The notes under the pieces are model-generated. The model saw only the letters and a program-made list of their open reading frames with translations, was not told the DNA's origin and made no database searches. Below are positions 1 to 15,980 of a stretch of DNA of 64,000 nt, piece by piece. Source of the stretch: the human T2T-CHM13v2.0 reference genome, Homo sapiens. How positions within the stretch are numbered: the first letter of the stretch is position 1; every line of letters begins with the position of its first letter. Position numbers and translations under genes: made by a program. The stretch lies in NCBI RefSeq assembly GCF_009914755.1, contig NC_060926.1. The stretch is one strand, 5' to 3'.

Positions 1-198
1 TCTTCCTCTGCACATCTGTCTTTGTATCCAGATTTCCCTTTATTATTACAACAAAGTCATGTTGGATTAGGGCCCATCCTAATGACTTCATCTTAACTTG
101 ATCATCTGTGAAGATCCTATTTCCACATAAGGTTACATTCACACATAGTGGGTGTTAGTATTTCAACATTTTCAGGGGACATGATTCACCCCATAACA
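1..198 (-). mobile_element. MLT1-type (ERVL-MaLR) LTR, cut by window edge
   Basis: 'ggattagggcccatcctaatgacttcatcttaacttg...aggggacatgattcacccataaca' matches the recalled MLT1A/C terminus in reverse orientation. Confidence 0.75.
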
Positions 199-219
199 AT
201 TTTTAAACAATTAAAAAAA

Positions 220-880
220 TTGGTTAATAGTTGGCGAAGTTTGGTAAGGAGGGAGGAAGCAGGGGCATTTTTACGCAGATGACAGGTCTTACTTTTTGGA
301 AGATGAATGGGTAATATCTTTGAAACCCCTGTAAAATATCTATAAAACTTCAAATGCACATATTGCATGTCCAGGCAATTCTGTTCTTAGGAAGTTTTTC
401 CTATAGATAATGCACATAAGATACATGTACAGTGTGTTTATTGCAGCATTATTTATAAAAATAAGCAAAACTGGACAAGCCTAAATGTCCACCAGTTGAA
501 GAAACTAATCACAGCTTATATACACTACCTGACTCTTTTTAAGAAATGAAATAGGTGTATATTTACTCACTAGTAAAGATATCCACGATATAGTAAGTAA
601 AAAATGCAAGGCATATAGTGTACTGGATATGCCAATTATTTTCTCAAAGAATGTACAAGAAACTGATAACACTGTTTGTCTTTGTGGAAAGGGCTAAAAA
701 CTGGAGATAGAGAGGGAGACTTTTAATTTGATACCCTTCACTAGTGCTTGAAATTTCTTACATTTGCATATATTACTCACTTTTTTTTCTGGTTTTAATG
801 TCAGAAGAGTTTATGTATGTTGTAGAATTATGAACTGCTTTATTTTTATTTTCATATTTTCTGTATTAAAAAGGAACTAG
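220..880 (+). mobile_element. Ancient L1ME-type 3' end fragment
   Basis: Degenerate L1 3' motifs such as 'gtttattgcagcattattt...aaaactggacaagcctaaatgtcca'. Confidence 0.6.
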
Positions 881-1137
881 TGAATATTAAATAAAAATGT
901 GAAAGGACTTTTCCTATCATATTGCATGAAATAAGAGATTTTTGCTGGTTGGAACATTCCTATAGAGCCATATTCCTGAAGAATATTTTACACTTGCTTG
1001 ATGAACATATCCCATAGTTTTATGGATGTATGTCCCATGACTATGATGTGTGACTTCATTGTTAAGTATAGAAAACTACTGAGTAAGAGGTAGGGCTCTA
1101 GACAGATTTAGAAGTTTAACTGGAAAAACTACAGCTA

Positions 1138-1426
<289 letters not shown>

Positions 1427-2156
1427 TCACCTCTGAAGAAAAATTACCTTGAGAATGCAAAATATAAGCAGCATTTTGATGAATAGCAAGAACCTACTCA
1501 TAGGGACCAGAAAAATCCTTTTACACAGCTAATTTGCCTTTATCAGTATTCTCATAGGATACTGAGTTGAAAGCCACTTGTGCTCTGTGAACCACCTGAG
1601 AGTTCTTTAGTTCACTATAGGTCTCTTAATGTAATATATGATTTCATCATTCATAGCATTTCCCAGGCTAAGCTTACATCATCTGACATTTAAAGACTAT
1701 CTTTGCTTTCTTTTTTTTTTTAACATACAAAATTTTAAAATTTTGAACTCATTTTTGGTTTGGATTTCATCCACTGCTAAAGGCAGGTACAATAACATTT
1801 TTTCTTCAACAGCCAGGTTTTTCAAATCTGTCAAAATAATTTTCTTGCACAGTCAGATTAATTCTGAGCCAGCCACGTGGTCCAAAGAGGCCTGCATATG
1901 TGAAATTTTATGAAAGTACATTTCTTATATCAAGCACTTTTGCTGAATGTATAATTTAAATTCCTTAAAATAGGCCCATGGGAAAAGAACTTTCATATTT
2001 CTAAACATCTGTAAAATACTTAGGTAATGCAAGATGGTTAGAGAATAATAATGTCCTTTTCTGTAAACAGCAGTTCTTAACATTGGTTAATCCTCTCATC
2101 CTCCTGCATCGTCATCTTTGTTTAAATTAATAGTACCACTATCCTTCAACTCATCA

Positions 2157-2545
<389 letters not shown>

Positions 2546-2925
2546 CTATAAAGTTTACTCCCATGATATTTCTTAAAATTATTTCTCCCTCCTCTAAAAT
2601 TTGAGGGTAACTCATCAGTTTTTGTTTTTTTTTTTTTCTTATAATGATGAGAGTCACCATTATGCAGTTGGATTCTTTGGCTTAGGCACCAAGCAATGTG
2701 ATTTATACATATGACATTATTTAGTCACAGCAGCAATGTAAGATGTGCACTATTACACCTATTCTCTAGAAAAAAAGGAAAATAAACCAAAGTGTTGATG
2801 TAACTTGTCCAAAGTCACACTGTCATAGCTGAAAATCGGAGATGGTTTTGGTAGATTTTGAAGCCCTTACATTTTTAGTTCATCATCCTACATTATCTTT
2901 TTATATTCATCATCTGTTATCTTAT

Positions 2926-2927
<2 letters not shown>

Positions 2928-2959
<32 letters not shown>
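2928..2959. repeat. (GT)n microsatellite
   Basis: Perfect GT run seen directly. Confidence 0.97.
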
Positions 2960-2960
<1 letters not shown>

Positions 2961-4164
2961 TTTCCCTTCATAGCCTATAGATTCTTTTAGAATAAGGTCC
3001 ATATAAAACTATTTACATTTCTTCCTTTATCTCATTTAGTGCCCTGTGTTTAGAAAGTACCCTGAAACATTTGGTAATAGTTTACAATCAAATGAATGTG
3101 TCACTTCTGAGACAAAATAGAGGCCTTTATCTTTACCAATAATCCCTTTTGTAAGAGTTAAGGTATGTGGATAGATTTATGAGCCTCTTTATTCTTTAAA
3201 AACATAAAAGAACTTGTGAACACAATGTATTCATCTCTTTCACATATGAAATTCAAATACATTTGCCTTGGCATTAAACATTTGAATTTGTATGTAAGAT
3301 GTCAAAGTTATATAATTTTTCTGTTAGAGATGGTTGAATGTGCTCACTGGGTTTTCAAATTTTCTCACGTAAAAGCGGATGCAGATAGGGACAAATGCAC
3401 TCTCTAATGTATGGAAAACATCATTAGCCTACCTTACAGAAAATTTTCTTTCTCAGCTCTGGGACGTTTATAAGAGAATGAATATTGTATTAGCCAAGTA
3501 TAGGATAACATGCAATAAGTTTGTCTGTCACTATAACAGTTTTTGCTTCATGATCAAACTTGTATTCCCAGGACTTATGTGGTGTCAAAAGATGATGGGA
3601 ATTACAAATCCAATGCTAGAATTACATAAAGTATAATCACATCTCAAAGAATTGCTGTGAAAAATAAAAGACTAGATCTTTGCCATCCTTTTTGTATTTG
3701 AAAAATCAATCAGACAATCGCTATTAAAATGGAAAAGAGTAAGAGTTTAGAGTCATAAGACCTGAGTTTGGCTCTTGGTATTTCATTTATTGGCCATAAT
3801 CTGGGGAAAATAACAACTTCTTTAATTCTTAGTTATTTTATTTGGTGAACTGTAAGGGTTAAAAATATGTAATGATTTTTGTAATCTACACAGCTATGGT
3901 TAAAGACATAACAAGTCTAAAGGTATTATGGGGATATAAGAAATAGCTTATAGAATCAAACAGAAATTAAGAAAACACAATATAGTACAAAAATGAGTAT
4001 GTGAGTGTTAGCACAGCAGTGGGTGATGTCTAGTCTCATGCTGATAGATGAATTAAGAATTAATAGGAAACTGCCCAGGAGATCAACACAAACTAAGCAT
4101 CTAATTAGATAAAGAGTTTTAAGAGCAGTCATAAGATATTACTTTGATTTCTGCCTTAACCACT

Positions 4165-4330
4165 ACTAGCACTGCTAGTGTTTATTTAGCCAGACACTGT
4201 CCTAAATCCTACGTATTTTATCTAGTTTAATGTTCACAGCAATCCTTTATGATAAATCCTGATATTATCCTGCTTTCCTTTCACAGATGAGACACAGAGA
4301 GTTTAACTCTCTCAAGGTCACACAGAGAGG
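4165..4330 (-). mobile_element. MIR fragment
   Basis: MIR core-like 'ttcacagatgagacacagagagtttaact...caaggtcacacag'. Confidence 0.65.
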
Positions 4331-4499
4331 CTTCAAGATATGTAAATATGGTCATCAACATTTGGCTAATTAATATAATGTAATACTTTTATAATCAGAT
4401 GGCATTTAAGGGTAAAATGAATAAACTTGCACTTTAAAAATAAAACTAATTGGGGAGTTGTCATATTTGTTTCTTCACTTCTATTTGGGGGAAATTGTC

Positions 4500-5870
4500 A
4501 TTAAATTTAAAAAAATTTTACTCACACACAATATTATCTATTTTAAAATATTTGTATATTAGATGTAATATATAAAATATGCAAATATAATCATGTCATA
4601 ATGATTTGTTTGTTTTCATTCAGATGATATTTTTCCTTATTTTTCTTAGAGACCCTACTCCTAACCCATAGTTATAATTTAGTGTGAAGCCTCCAGGTTT
4701 ATATAATTATATGGGATATATATTTTTATATATACTCACACAAAAATATATACAAATAGATATACATGTTTTTAGTCACTGATTTTCAAAAATGAAATCC
4801 AGTTTTACACATTTGTGCATGTTGCTTTTCTCACTCAATAACACTGTGTGGAAGTCCCTCTAAATCAATCAGTTGGGCTCAAATTCACTCTAAGGGGTAT
4901 ATGTGCCATAATCTATCTAGTCATTTTCCTATTGGTTTCCATTTTCCTATTCCTTTGGTTTCCAGACTTTTGGAAATTACAAACAATGATGTGTTAAATA
5001 TCCTGTTAATAAATCCTTATATGTGGTCATCATAATTTCTTTGAAAAAGATTCCCAGTTGTAAGATTGCTAGATTGAATTGTAAGGGGAGGCCTTCTTAA
5101 CCAAGATTAGAAACAAAACCAACATAAAGAGACATTTTGACTGGATAAACGTATGCCTAGGGAATCATAAAGTCATCTGATATTTGGTAGCCTTGGAAGA
5201 ACCAGTTGTAGCACAGAGAACAGAGCTAACTTAAGAAGGGGACAAGCGAACCAATAGAAAAATGTGAGAAAGATATGAAGAGGTGACTTATGAGTGAGCA
5301 AATGCAAATTGCTAAAGATAAAATAAGAAAGAAGAGGTGCAGTGGCTCATGCTTGTAATCTCAGCACTTTGGGAGGCTGAGATGGCAGGATTGCTTGAGG
5401 CTGAAAGGTTGAGACCAGCCTGGGTGACACGGCGAGGCCCTATCTCTACAAAAAAATTTAAAAAATTAGCCAGACATGGTGGCACACACCTGTAGTTGTA
5501 GCTGATGTGGGAGAGTCACTTAGGCCCAGGATGTCAAGGCTGCAGTGAGCCCTGATTGTGCCACAGCACTCCAGCCTGGGCAACAGAGCAAGATCTTGTT
5601 GCAAAAAAAAAAAAAAAAAAAAAAAAGAAAAAATCAAAGCAAAACAAATAGCGTTCTCAAACTAGTAGTATGTAAATTATGGCAACAATAAAAGATCATT
5701 ATATACCTTTCAGACAGATGAAAAAACCAATTAACATCCATTTTAAAGGTTAGGGTAGAGGAGTATTTATGGGTGTGGGTACTCTTATTCATTGTTAGTG
5801 AAACTGTGAGAATAGCTATAGATCATTTGAAAAACTGGCAATGTCTGTTAAAATCTGCATCTTAACCTGA
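4500..5870. mobile_element. Degenerate L1M/L1ME fragments (minus then plus orientation) interrupted by an Alu
   Basis: L1 3' motifs such as 'ggtttccagacttttggaaattacaaacaatgatgtg' and 'aacagagctaacttaagaagg...ccaatagaaaaatgtg'. Confidence 0.5.
5335..5632 (+). mobile_element. AluJ-type SINE
   Basis: Diverged dimer with 'ggattgcttgagg', an internal deletion and a long A tail. Confidence 0.9.
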
Positions 5871-7838
5871 AGTCAATTTGTGATTGCTGCAATTAACTTG
5901 AATTTCAAGACCTGTCCTTTGTTTCTAATATTGTTTCCTATTACTCCAAAATTATTAGTTCCTTTAAGCTATTCTGGTCCTTCTTGTGGTACTTATTATG
6001 TTCATAATACATACCCTTCCAATAATCAAATTCTGTCTTCCAGTGCCCATTTTAAGAAAGGGAAAGGAGGAAGAAATGAAGGAAGAAGGAAATTTTAGAG
6101 GCATTCTTTTTGAATTTCTAAGAATGACATACAAGAAAGTATAGATATGTGTATATAAAAGTATATAAAGTATATAAAGTGTATATATAGATGTATATGA
6201 TGGAAATTTTAACATTACAATACATTTATTGAAGACAAGGGATTAGATACATCAGAATGTCATCACTAAAAGTGGATGAGTCCCACCACTCGTGGACTGC
6301 ACTGTTCCCAACATGGTTTGAGAGATGGTCTGCTTTGAGGCAGAGAAATAGTGTAGATAATCCTCAGGGTTCTTTTAGCCTCTTTTGTTACCATGCAGTC
6401 CTTGAGCTATCTTCTCCATCTAGACTTTACAGGACTGGAACCAGGTATCTAATTGTGGAGGGAAATGACGGTGCAACATTGTTGCAGATCCAATCAATCT
6501 CCTTTAGATTTAGTCTGTTATCTTCCTTTCTTCAATCTATAAGTGACACTTTTATTGGTTGGGGCTGCTATACAGAAAATACATACTTGGAATGCCTTTG
6601 TTTGTTTGTTTGTTAATCCAGTGAGGGAATGTCAGTTGAGGAACTTCAAATACCTGTGATATTTTTCTTACTTGAAACTAGAGTACACTAAAAGTTAGGA
6701 TTATAGAAACCTTCTTACTTTTTTTTTTTTAAATTGGTATCTATGTTTCTCATAAGAATAGCCTGAATATAAATATAACAATATCTTGAGTAGATTTAAG
6801 ACAGGAGAAAGGCAAGTTATAAATATTAATATTAGTGTTACTTTTGACACAGCTAGCCTATCAACCTAAATTGCTGTTATCAGCACAATGCGAATGACTG
6901 CCGGCCTTATTTCCTCCCGATGGCTCTGTTCCTAGAGTCACAGTGAGCATATGTGGAAATAGCCAGCTTTAATACAAACACAAATGTTTTCTCTAGCTGT
7001 GCCCAAGACTTGTTACAGCAATCTTTGAAAAGTGAATTGTTTTGCCAAGAGAAGACTTAAACTGTAAACTGATAATTAATAATTCAGGCATGTTAGTTTT
7101 CTTTTAATCTTAGCTCTAAAACACTTCACATTTGATAACCAAGTAGGAGTTTCCTTAAAGTAAACAAATTAAGTTATGAATTTTGATGTTTTGAATTTGC
7201 CAGAGGCCTCCGAAGGTCCGTGCTTGAGCTAAGAGTCCAATCGTTCACTTCCATGCCGGCAATTCATGCTGGAATTACGGCAAACAGCATAAACTCGGCT
7301 CTGAGAAATGGAGCTGGGAGGACAAAGCACCTTTTATTTTTATTGCTTTTTGAAGACGTGCCATCACTCTTACCATCTTTATTGTGGTCATCACAAGATG
7401 CATTTATTCTGACTGCATCTTCGGTGGCCTCACCCATACACACAAGGTTAAACACAAATTTGTTTTTCCTGTCTTCTCTGAGTTTAAACTCTGAACCACG
7501 TGATGATTCTGTGGATTGGGTTTAATAAGCAGAGTTTACAAACAGTGGGGAAAATATTGTGTGGGGTGACTAATGAACAGAAAACTGGGGAAAGACTGTT
7601 AGAATTAGAAAAAAAATAACTTCTATTTATGTCTTACTGAAGTTAAGAGGTGCTTTGTACAAGAGATGAATTTTAGCAATATTCATGATAATTACAGCAT
7701 GTTTAACATGTACTATATTGAATGAAAATCATATATGTCATATATATTATGTATCATATAAGATTTAAGTGTTACGTTCTGTCAGTTTGCGAACAGGGTT
7801 AAAATGTATACTTTCTGTGTTTTTTTAATATTGCTTTT

Positions 7839-8129
7839 TTTTTTTTTGAGACGGAGTCTCGCTCTGTCGCCCAGGCTGGAGTGCAGTGGCAGAATCTCGG
7901 CTCACTGCAAGCTCCACCTCCCGGTTCACGCTATTCTCCCGCCTCAGTCTCCCGAGTAGCTGGGACTACAGGCGCCTGCCACCACGCCCAGCTAATTTTT
8001 TGTATTTTTAGTAGAGACGGGGTTTCACCGTGTTAGCCAGGATGGTCTCGATCTCCTGACCTCGTGATCCCCCCCGCCTTGGCCTCCCAAAGTGCTGGGA
8101 TTACAGGCGTGAGCCACCGCACCTGGCCC
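7839..8129 (-). mobile_element. AluY
   Basis: AluY diagnostics (ccgtgttagccaggatggtctcgatctcctgacctcgtgatc), many retained CpGs, TSD AATATTGCTTTT at 7827-7838 and 8130-8141. Confidence 0.95.
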
Positions 8130-8161
8130 AATATTGCTTTTGTTTTATAGAAGATCTAGTT

Positions 8162-9905
<1,744 letters not shown>

Positions 9906-10399
9906 TGAAACATCTATTATTAAGAAATAGAAACAACACTTGTATAGAAAGTGTCCCTTAGATGAAGAGGAAGTATAAAAAGATTCAGAAATATATCATT
10001 TGTAGATATATTTAGAAGTCAAGTTACATTTTAACAATGCTTTTTTTTCCATTAAATATAATTTTTGCACAGTAGTATTGTATAATGTTTTGGAAATTCA
10101 AAAAAGTACAAAGCAGCAAATTTAGAAAAAAAATCATCTGGTTAACATGTTGATACATTTTCCCCCATTTTAAAAATGTGTATGATATGTTCAAATACAT
10201 ATACACATGCTGTTAAAAGCTAAAAATGTACATAATACATTCTGTAAATGGAAATCTTTAGGGATGTTAATGGACTTACATAATCAAAATCCTCCTTTCC
10301 CACTCCCCAAGATTTTGTAGCAGTCCTACTGAAGCTGAATCCTCATTCCACAGTTACTTCTCACGGTAGTGCTCCTGTGGAACTAAACGATTTTCTGGT

Positions 10400-10765
10400 C
10401 CCAGAAGAGGACATCCTCTCTTAACTTAGGTTCTATGTACGTCCTATTTCCTCTTCCTGGACACTCTTCTCCCTGACTTCCAAATTTTTCATTATGCCCA
10501 TTTATGCTGCCTTCCTACTGAGGCTGCTCCTGACCTCCTACCCCTGGATTAGGAGATCCCATTGTGTGCTCCCATGGGACTTCACATTACTCAGTCTTGA
10601 AATCTACCACACTAGATTGTAGCTGCCTGAGTGTCCGTATTTGTCACCAGACAGGAGCTCTGTGAAAGCAGAAATTTCATCTTTTCTGCTTTGCATTGCA
10701 TACCCAGCATCAATGTGGCACATACTAGGTGCTCAAAAAAAAAGTATATATTGGGTTAATCAATA
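10400..10765 (+). mobile_element. L2 3' end fragment
   Basis: L2-type terminus 'gtggcacatactaggtgctcaaaa...ttaatcaataa'. Confidence 0.6.
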
Positions 10766-11819
10766 AGCCAAAGCTTTTATGTATCACTTTCATTTTTTTG
10801 GAATGGACTTTTCTGCTCTCTAATAGCTACAGAAGACTATTCTGTGTGAGGTTTATGTCCCTCAAGTCTCATATCTGCAGATAAGAAAACTGTTACGAAA
10901 ATCATTCTTCTTGTTCTAGAAACCTTTTATTGTTAAATATTCTTATGTCATTATATAGCAGTTTCATTTGATCTAATCTCACTTGAAGATACCAAAAGCA
11001 CTATGAATAAAAACTTTCATGAGAGATCATTTTGTTTTTTATTATTACATTAAAGATTAATAAAAACCCCAAACTGGAAATATCAGGAAGTATTTTATGT
11101 CCTCTTAGCTTTCTGAAACTTTGAAAAAGAGATAATTTACATTCCCAAAGCCTAGCATATATTGGGGTTTTGACAAATATTTCAAACAAAAAATTAGGAT
11201 GACCTTCTTTGATATATTTGAAATAATATTTTGTGACTAACATTTATTAAACTCTAGCTGAATGTAAAGTCATCTTTTAATTACTCCTGTCAATGGGGGA
11301 AAACATTGGCATGGATAATTGGAAAATGGAGATACTTCCTCTGACAGAGGCTGACAGAGATGGTAGGAAAGAAACACTGCTTGCCAGTTCTCACACTGCT
11401 TCCTGGTTCCTGTTGTTCTTGTGGATGGATGATCTGGTTTGACTAGGTTAAGTGGGTCATATGTGTAAAGACAATATATAAGTTTGCCTTCAGTTTTCAT
11501 TTTTCACTTGGTTTAAAATAATATCCAAGTGGAAAATGTAAGCAAATGAGGAAACAACTAGTAAAAATGGTAAGCACAGTGAGAGAAAGATAATCAAGTT
11601 AAAATCTGAGGTGTGATTTCAATGTTAAGATTAGTAAATGTTTAGGATAGCATCACAGGCAGATTCCTCCATGCATTTTTTAAACATCCAGGGTTACCTT
11701 GGGTTTAGACAGACTAATGTTTTGGAAAAATAAATTATTATTGTCTAGTATAATGAAGAACATCAAGAGTCCTTCTGTTCTAATATAGAAATGAATGCTT
11801 TTGAAATTTAAATTGAGGT

Positions 11820-12350
11820 GTGTGTGCTAGATAGTCTCCAAAGATAGACACCAATTTCTTCCTTTTCTCTACATTCATGTTGCATTATCATTCAAGAGGT
11901 AGAGTCTATTTCTGTTCCTCTTGAATTTGGGCTGATCTTGTGACTTGCTTTGCCCATTATAATGCAGATCAAGTAACACTATGCTGATCTTTGACCTAGC
12001 CCTTAAGAGGGCTAGTAACTTTCACTTTCTTTCTTGAAGCCAGCTGCTATGTAAAAGTCTGATTTTCCTGAGACCACCATGCTATGAGGAGCTCCGAGCT
12101 AGGCATGTGGCATGGCCATGTGGAAGAGCAATGAAGTCCCAGACATGTGAGTTAAGTCTTCTGGGATCTTTCAGTCAAGGTTAGTCACCAGCTGAATGTA
12201 GCTGAGTGAGTGATCCAGCCAATGACCATGTCTATGAATATGGAGTAAACGACTTCCTAGTTGTCTGACAGACTTGTAAAAAACAATAAATCATTGTTCT
12301 AAGCCACTACATGTTGAGTGGATTGTTTTGCAGCAATGAACAATAAAACA
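11820..12350 (+). mobile_element. MLT1H/F-type solo LTR
   Basis: 'ccctgagaccaccatgct...ttctaagccactacatgttgagtggattgttttgcagcaatgaacaataaaaca' resembles an MLT1 3' end. Confidence 0.7.
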
Positions 12351-13979
12351 GTATTCTAATTATTATTTTCCAATAATGATTTAAAAAATTTATCAACATG
12401 TTGTGTAGGTATAAAAATACTATGTATAAGTATTTATAATACACACATGTGCACATTGGTTTAGGGTATACAGTTTGGCTTTTAGCATAAGTTATGACTA
12501 ATTATAAAAATGACCAATATGTACAAATTTTCTGGATTATTTCTTTTACTCATGTTATGATCAAAATTAACTTCTGATTTACATTCATTGTAATATTTTC
12601 TCAGTAATTCAAACTAAGTGGATACATTAATTTTCAACAGGAAACACAAAATATCCAAATAGATATGTTTCAGAATAGAAATCTTTTGTGATAAGATGTG
12701 AGAAATTTCATAAAAATACCTGAGTGAGACAAAACAAATGTATTTTGTGTTTTGAGATTAAGATATGAGTGTAGTTGAACATCAATAGAGAAAAAGTGGA
12801 AAGAATAAAGTTTAAGACACAGAGCTAAAGCTTTCAGCCTTCTCAACCAAGTGAAGACTGGCTTCAAAAATCAGTAAAACAGTACCATTTCTCCACCAAA
12901 TTTATGTACCCCAAATTAAATTTGAAAATGAAAATACAGTAATAGGACTTTGTGCATTAATTCTGTTAGAGATAGCTTCAAGTCTTGACATAGCAGGAGC
13001 CCTCGAGGGTTTCTAGGGGAACCCCAAGGTTATTGCTTGCTGAAATCTGAGTCTCTGGTGAAGATTCAGTAAGAAACAGAGGTTACACTGGAGCTTTGCT
13101 TCTTGAAGAATAACAGATGAGTAGATAGAAGCTTTCGTTCTGACAGCAGAACGCAGGGTGATCAGAATCCCAATCACTCAGTAGATGATGAAATAGAGCA
13201 GTGGAAGGATGAATTAAGATGACATGCTCTGTTTTATCAATAAAAGTAATGGCAAGAGATATATTTCTCACGATTATTTAACCAAGAGAAAGCTCCCAAG
13301 AATGATACATTTTGCTTATAAAGCAATGTGAAGTGGGATAGATCACACTGTCAATTTAATGGCTCAGTTTGCTGCATTTGTATTAACAGCAAGATTATTC
13401 TTTGTATTCATTCAGAATGAATGAAAACAGAGAAAAGTGATTCTGACTATAAATCTCTTTCTGCTGGAAACCTTTTTTCATCCTATGCTGTTCTTGTTCT
13501 TTAGGCTGAAACAAGTCAGAAAATTGAACAAATTACTCTTTGTACCAGGAAGTCTTTGGTGTTATTCTTATACCTGGACTTAAACATGCATTGTGTTTTC
13601 CACTAGAAATTAAAAAACTCAGTTTCCATTTGGAATGAAGGATGTGACAGCTAATATGCAATAACAAAATTCAGTTTAGGGTAATGTTAGTGACAGTTCA
13701 ATATGATATATTTTCTGTAAAGTTTTTAAAAATTATTATTCCCTTATAAGTGATGTCATGTATTCAATGCACATACTGTACACAAGTACCACAGTAAGAG
13801 CACAATCAATGCTCATTCATCAATAATCAATGAGCAAATATACTATTCTGTGTATTGAATCTGCAATAGTATGGTTGCCTCACAGAAAATCAAATTGGAA
13901 TTTTCTTCTTCCTCTGAATTAGGACTTTCTCCTAAACAGCCATAAAACACTATTCAAGGATAAATGGGAGCAGTGTTTC

Positions 13980-14015
13980 TTTTTGATGGTAATTTTGATG
14001 GTAATTTTGATGGTA
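13980..14015. repeat. 12-bp tandem repeat (TTTTGATGGTAA) x~3
   Basis: Seen directly. Confidence 0.9.
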
Positions 14016-14069
14016 TATTCCTGCTGGTTGTTACTATGAAAACTGTGTTCACTGTGTTACTCTGTATGT

Positions 14070-14300
14070 AGTATGTCATGACAGAGAATATCCTGATGGC
14101 CCATTGTAAATCCCAGCACTGCCACTCACTGAATGTATGACTCGGACAAATTACTTGACTCTGTGTGCCTAATTCCCTCATCTTTAAAATGAGGATATTC
14201 ATAATATTTACTGTATGGATTTTTAGATGAGGATCAAATAAACAAACACGTGTAAAACACTTAGGACAGGGACTGGAACTCCTTAGTCAACATTAGTTCT
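14070..14300 (+). mobile_element. MIR
   Basis: MIR core 'aaatcccagcactgccact...ctctgtgtgcctaattccctcatctttaaaatgagg'. Confidence 0.75.
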
Positions 14301-14309
14301 TATCTTAAT

Positions 14310-15088
<779 letters not shown>

Positions 15089-15649
15089 TTATTATAAGAC
15101 TGTCATAAAGAGATCTCACGACCTAACTTTGGAACTACTGCATTCTTATGAGGAATTCTTTAGGGTAATGAATTCCAATCTGACTTTATTCTTAGAGAAG
15201 TGTATCTATTGGATTACTGTTTTACACCATTCAAGAGCATTGGTGATGTTCAGCATTTTCTATGTAAATGATCGGATTTCTCCCCAACTCTCTTTGTAAA
15301 ATTACCTTCAAAACCCATCACTCACTGATTTATAACATCTGATCAAATTCTTGATTTTCATTTTAGTTTCAAGAGCAAAAGTATAAAACAATTTATCTAC
15401 CAAGCAAGAGATATAACTGTAAACAGGATGAAATGCGAATCTAGTTATGACTACAGTATTGAAGCCCCTTCAGTGAAATCCATTGTGCTGAGGTAGGGTT
15501 AAAATTGTTTGCAGGATTTATGAGCATGGTCTATGTTCTCCTTGGCTTCCCTCCTCATCTTTACACCCACCACCACACATTAAACACATGTCAACCATTA
15601 CAAGCTTTCCTCGGCTCCTAGGATAGTTTATGATTTTTTTTTTTCTCCT

Positions 15650-15980
15650 AGTTTGCACCTTATTTCACCATGACCTCACTCATTGTTCAGGTAGCTTTGG
15701 CCTTAGGCATTATTTTCTTCAAGATGCTCTCTGAACCCTCAACCCGGGACACTTTCCCCTTCCATGTGCTCACATAGCCCATAGCCCTGTTAGGTCAGCC
15801 ATCACATTTTCTGCAATTGTATATTTACATACTGGTCTTCCTTCCTGACGCAAAATGTTCTGTATGGTAGGGCTTAGGTTTTACTCATCCACAGTTTCAT
15901 CCCTGTCACTTAACAGGTACATGGCACACAGTAGGCATTTCAAATACTGCTGAGTGACTGATCAAATGAATAAATAAACA
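15650..15980 (+). mobile_element. L2 3' end fragment
   Basis: 'catggcacacagtaggcatttcaaatactgctgagtgactgatcaaatgaataaataaa'. Confidence 0.6.
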
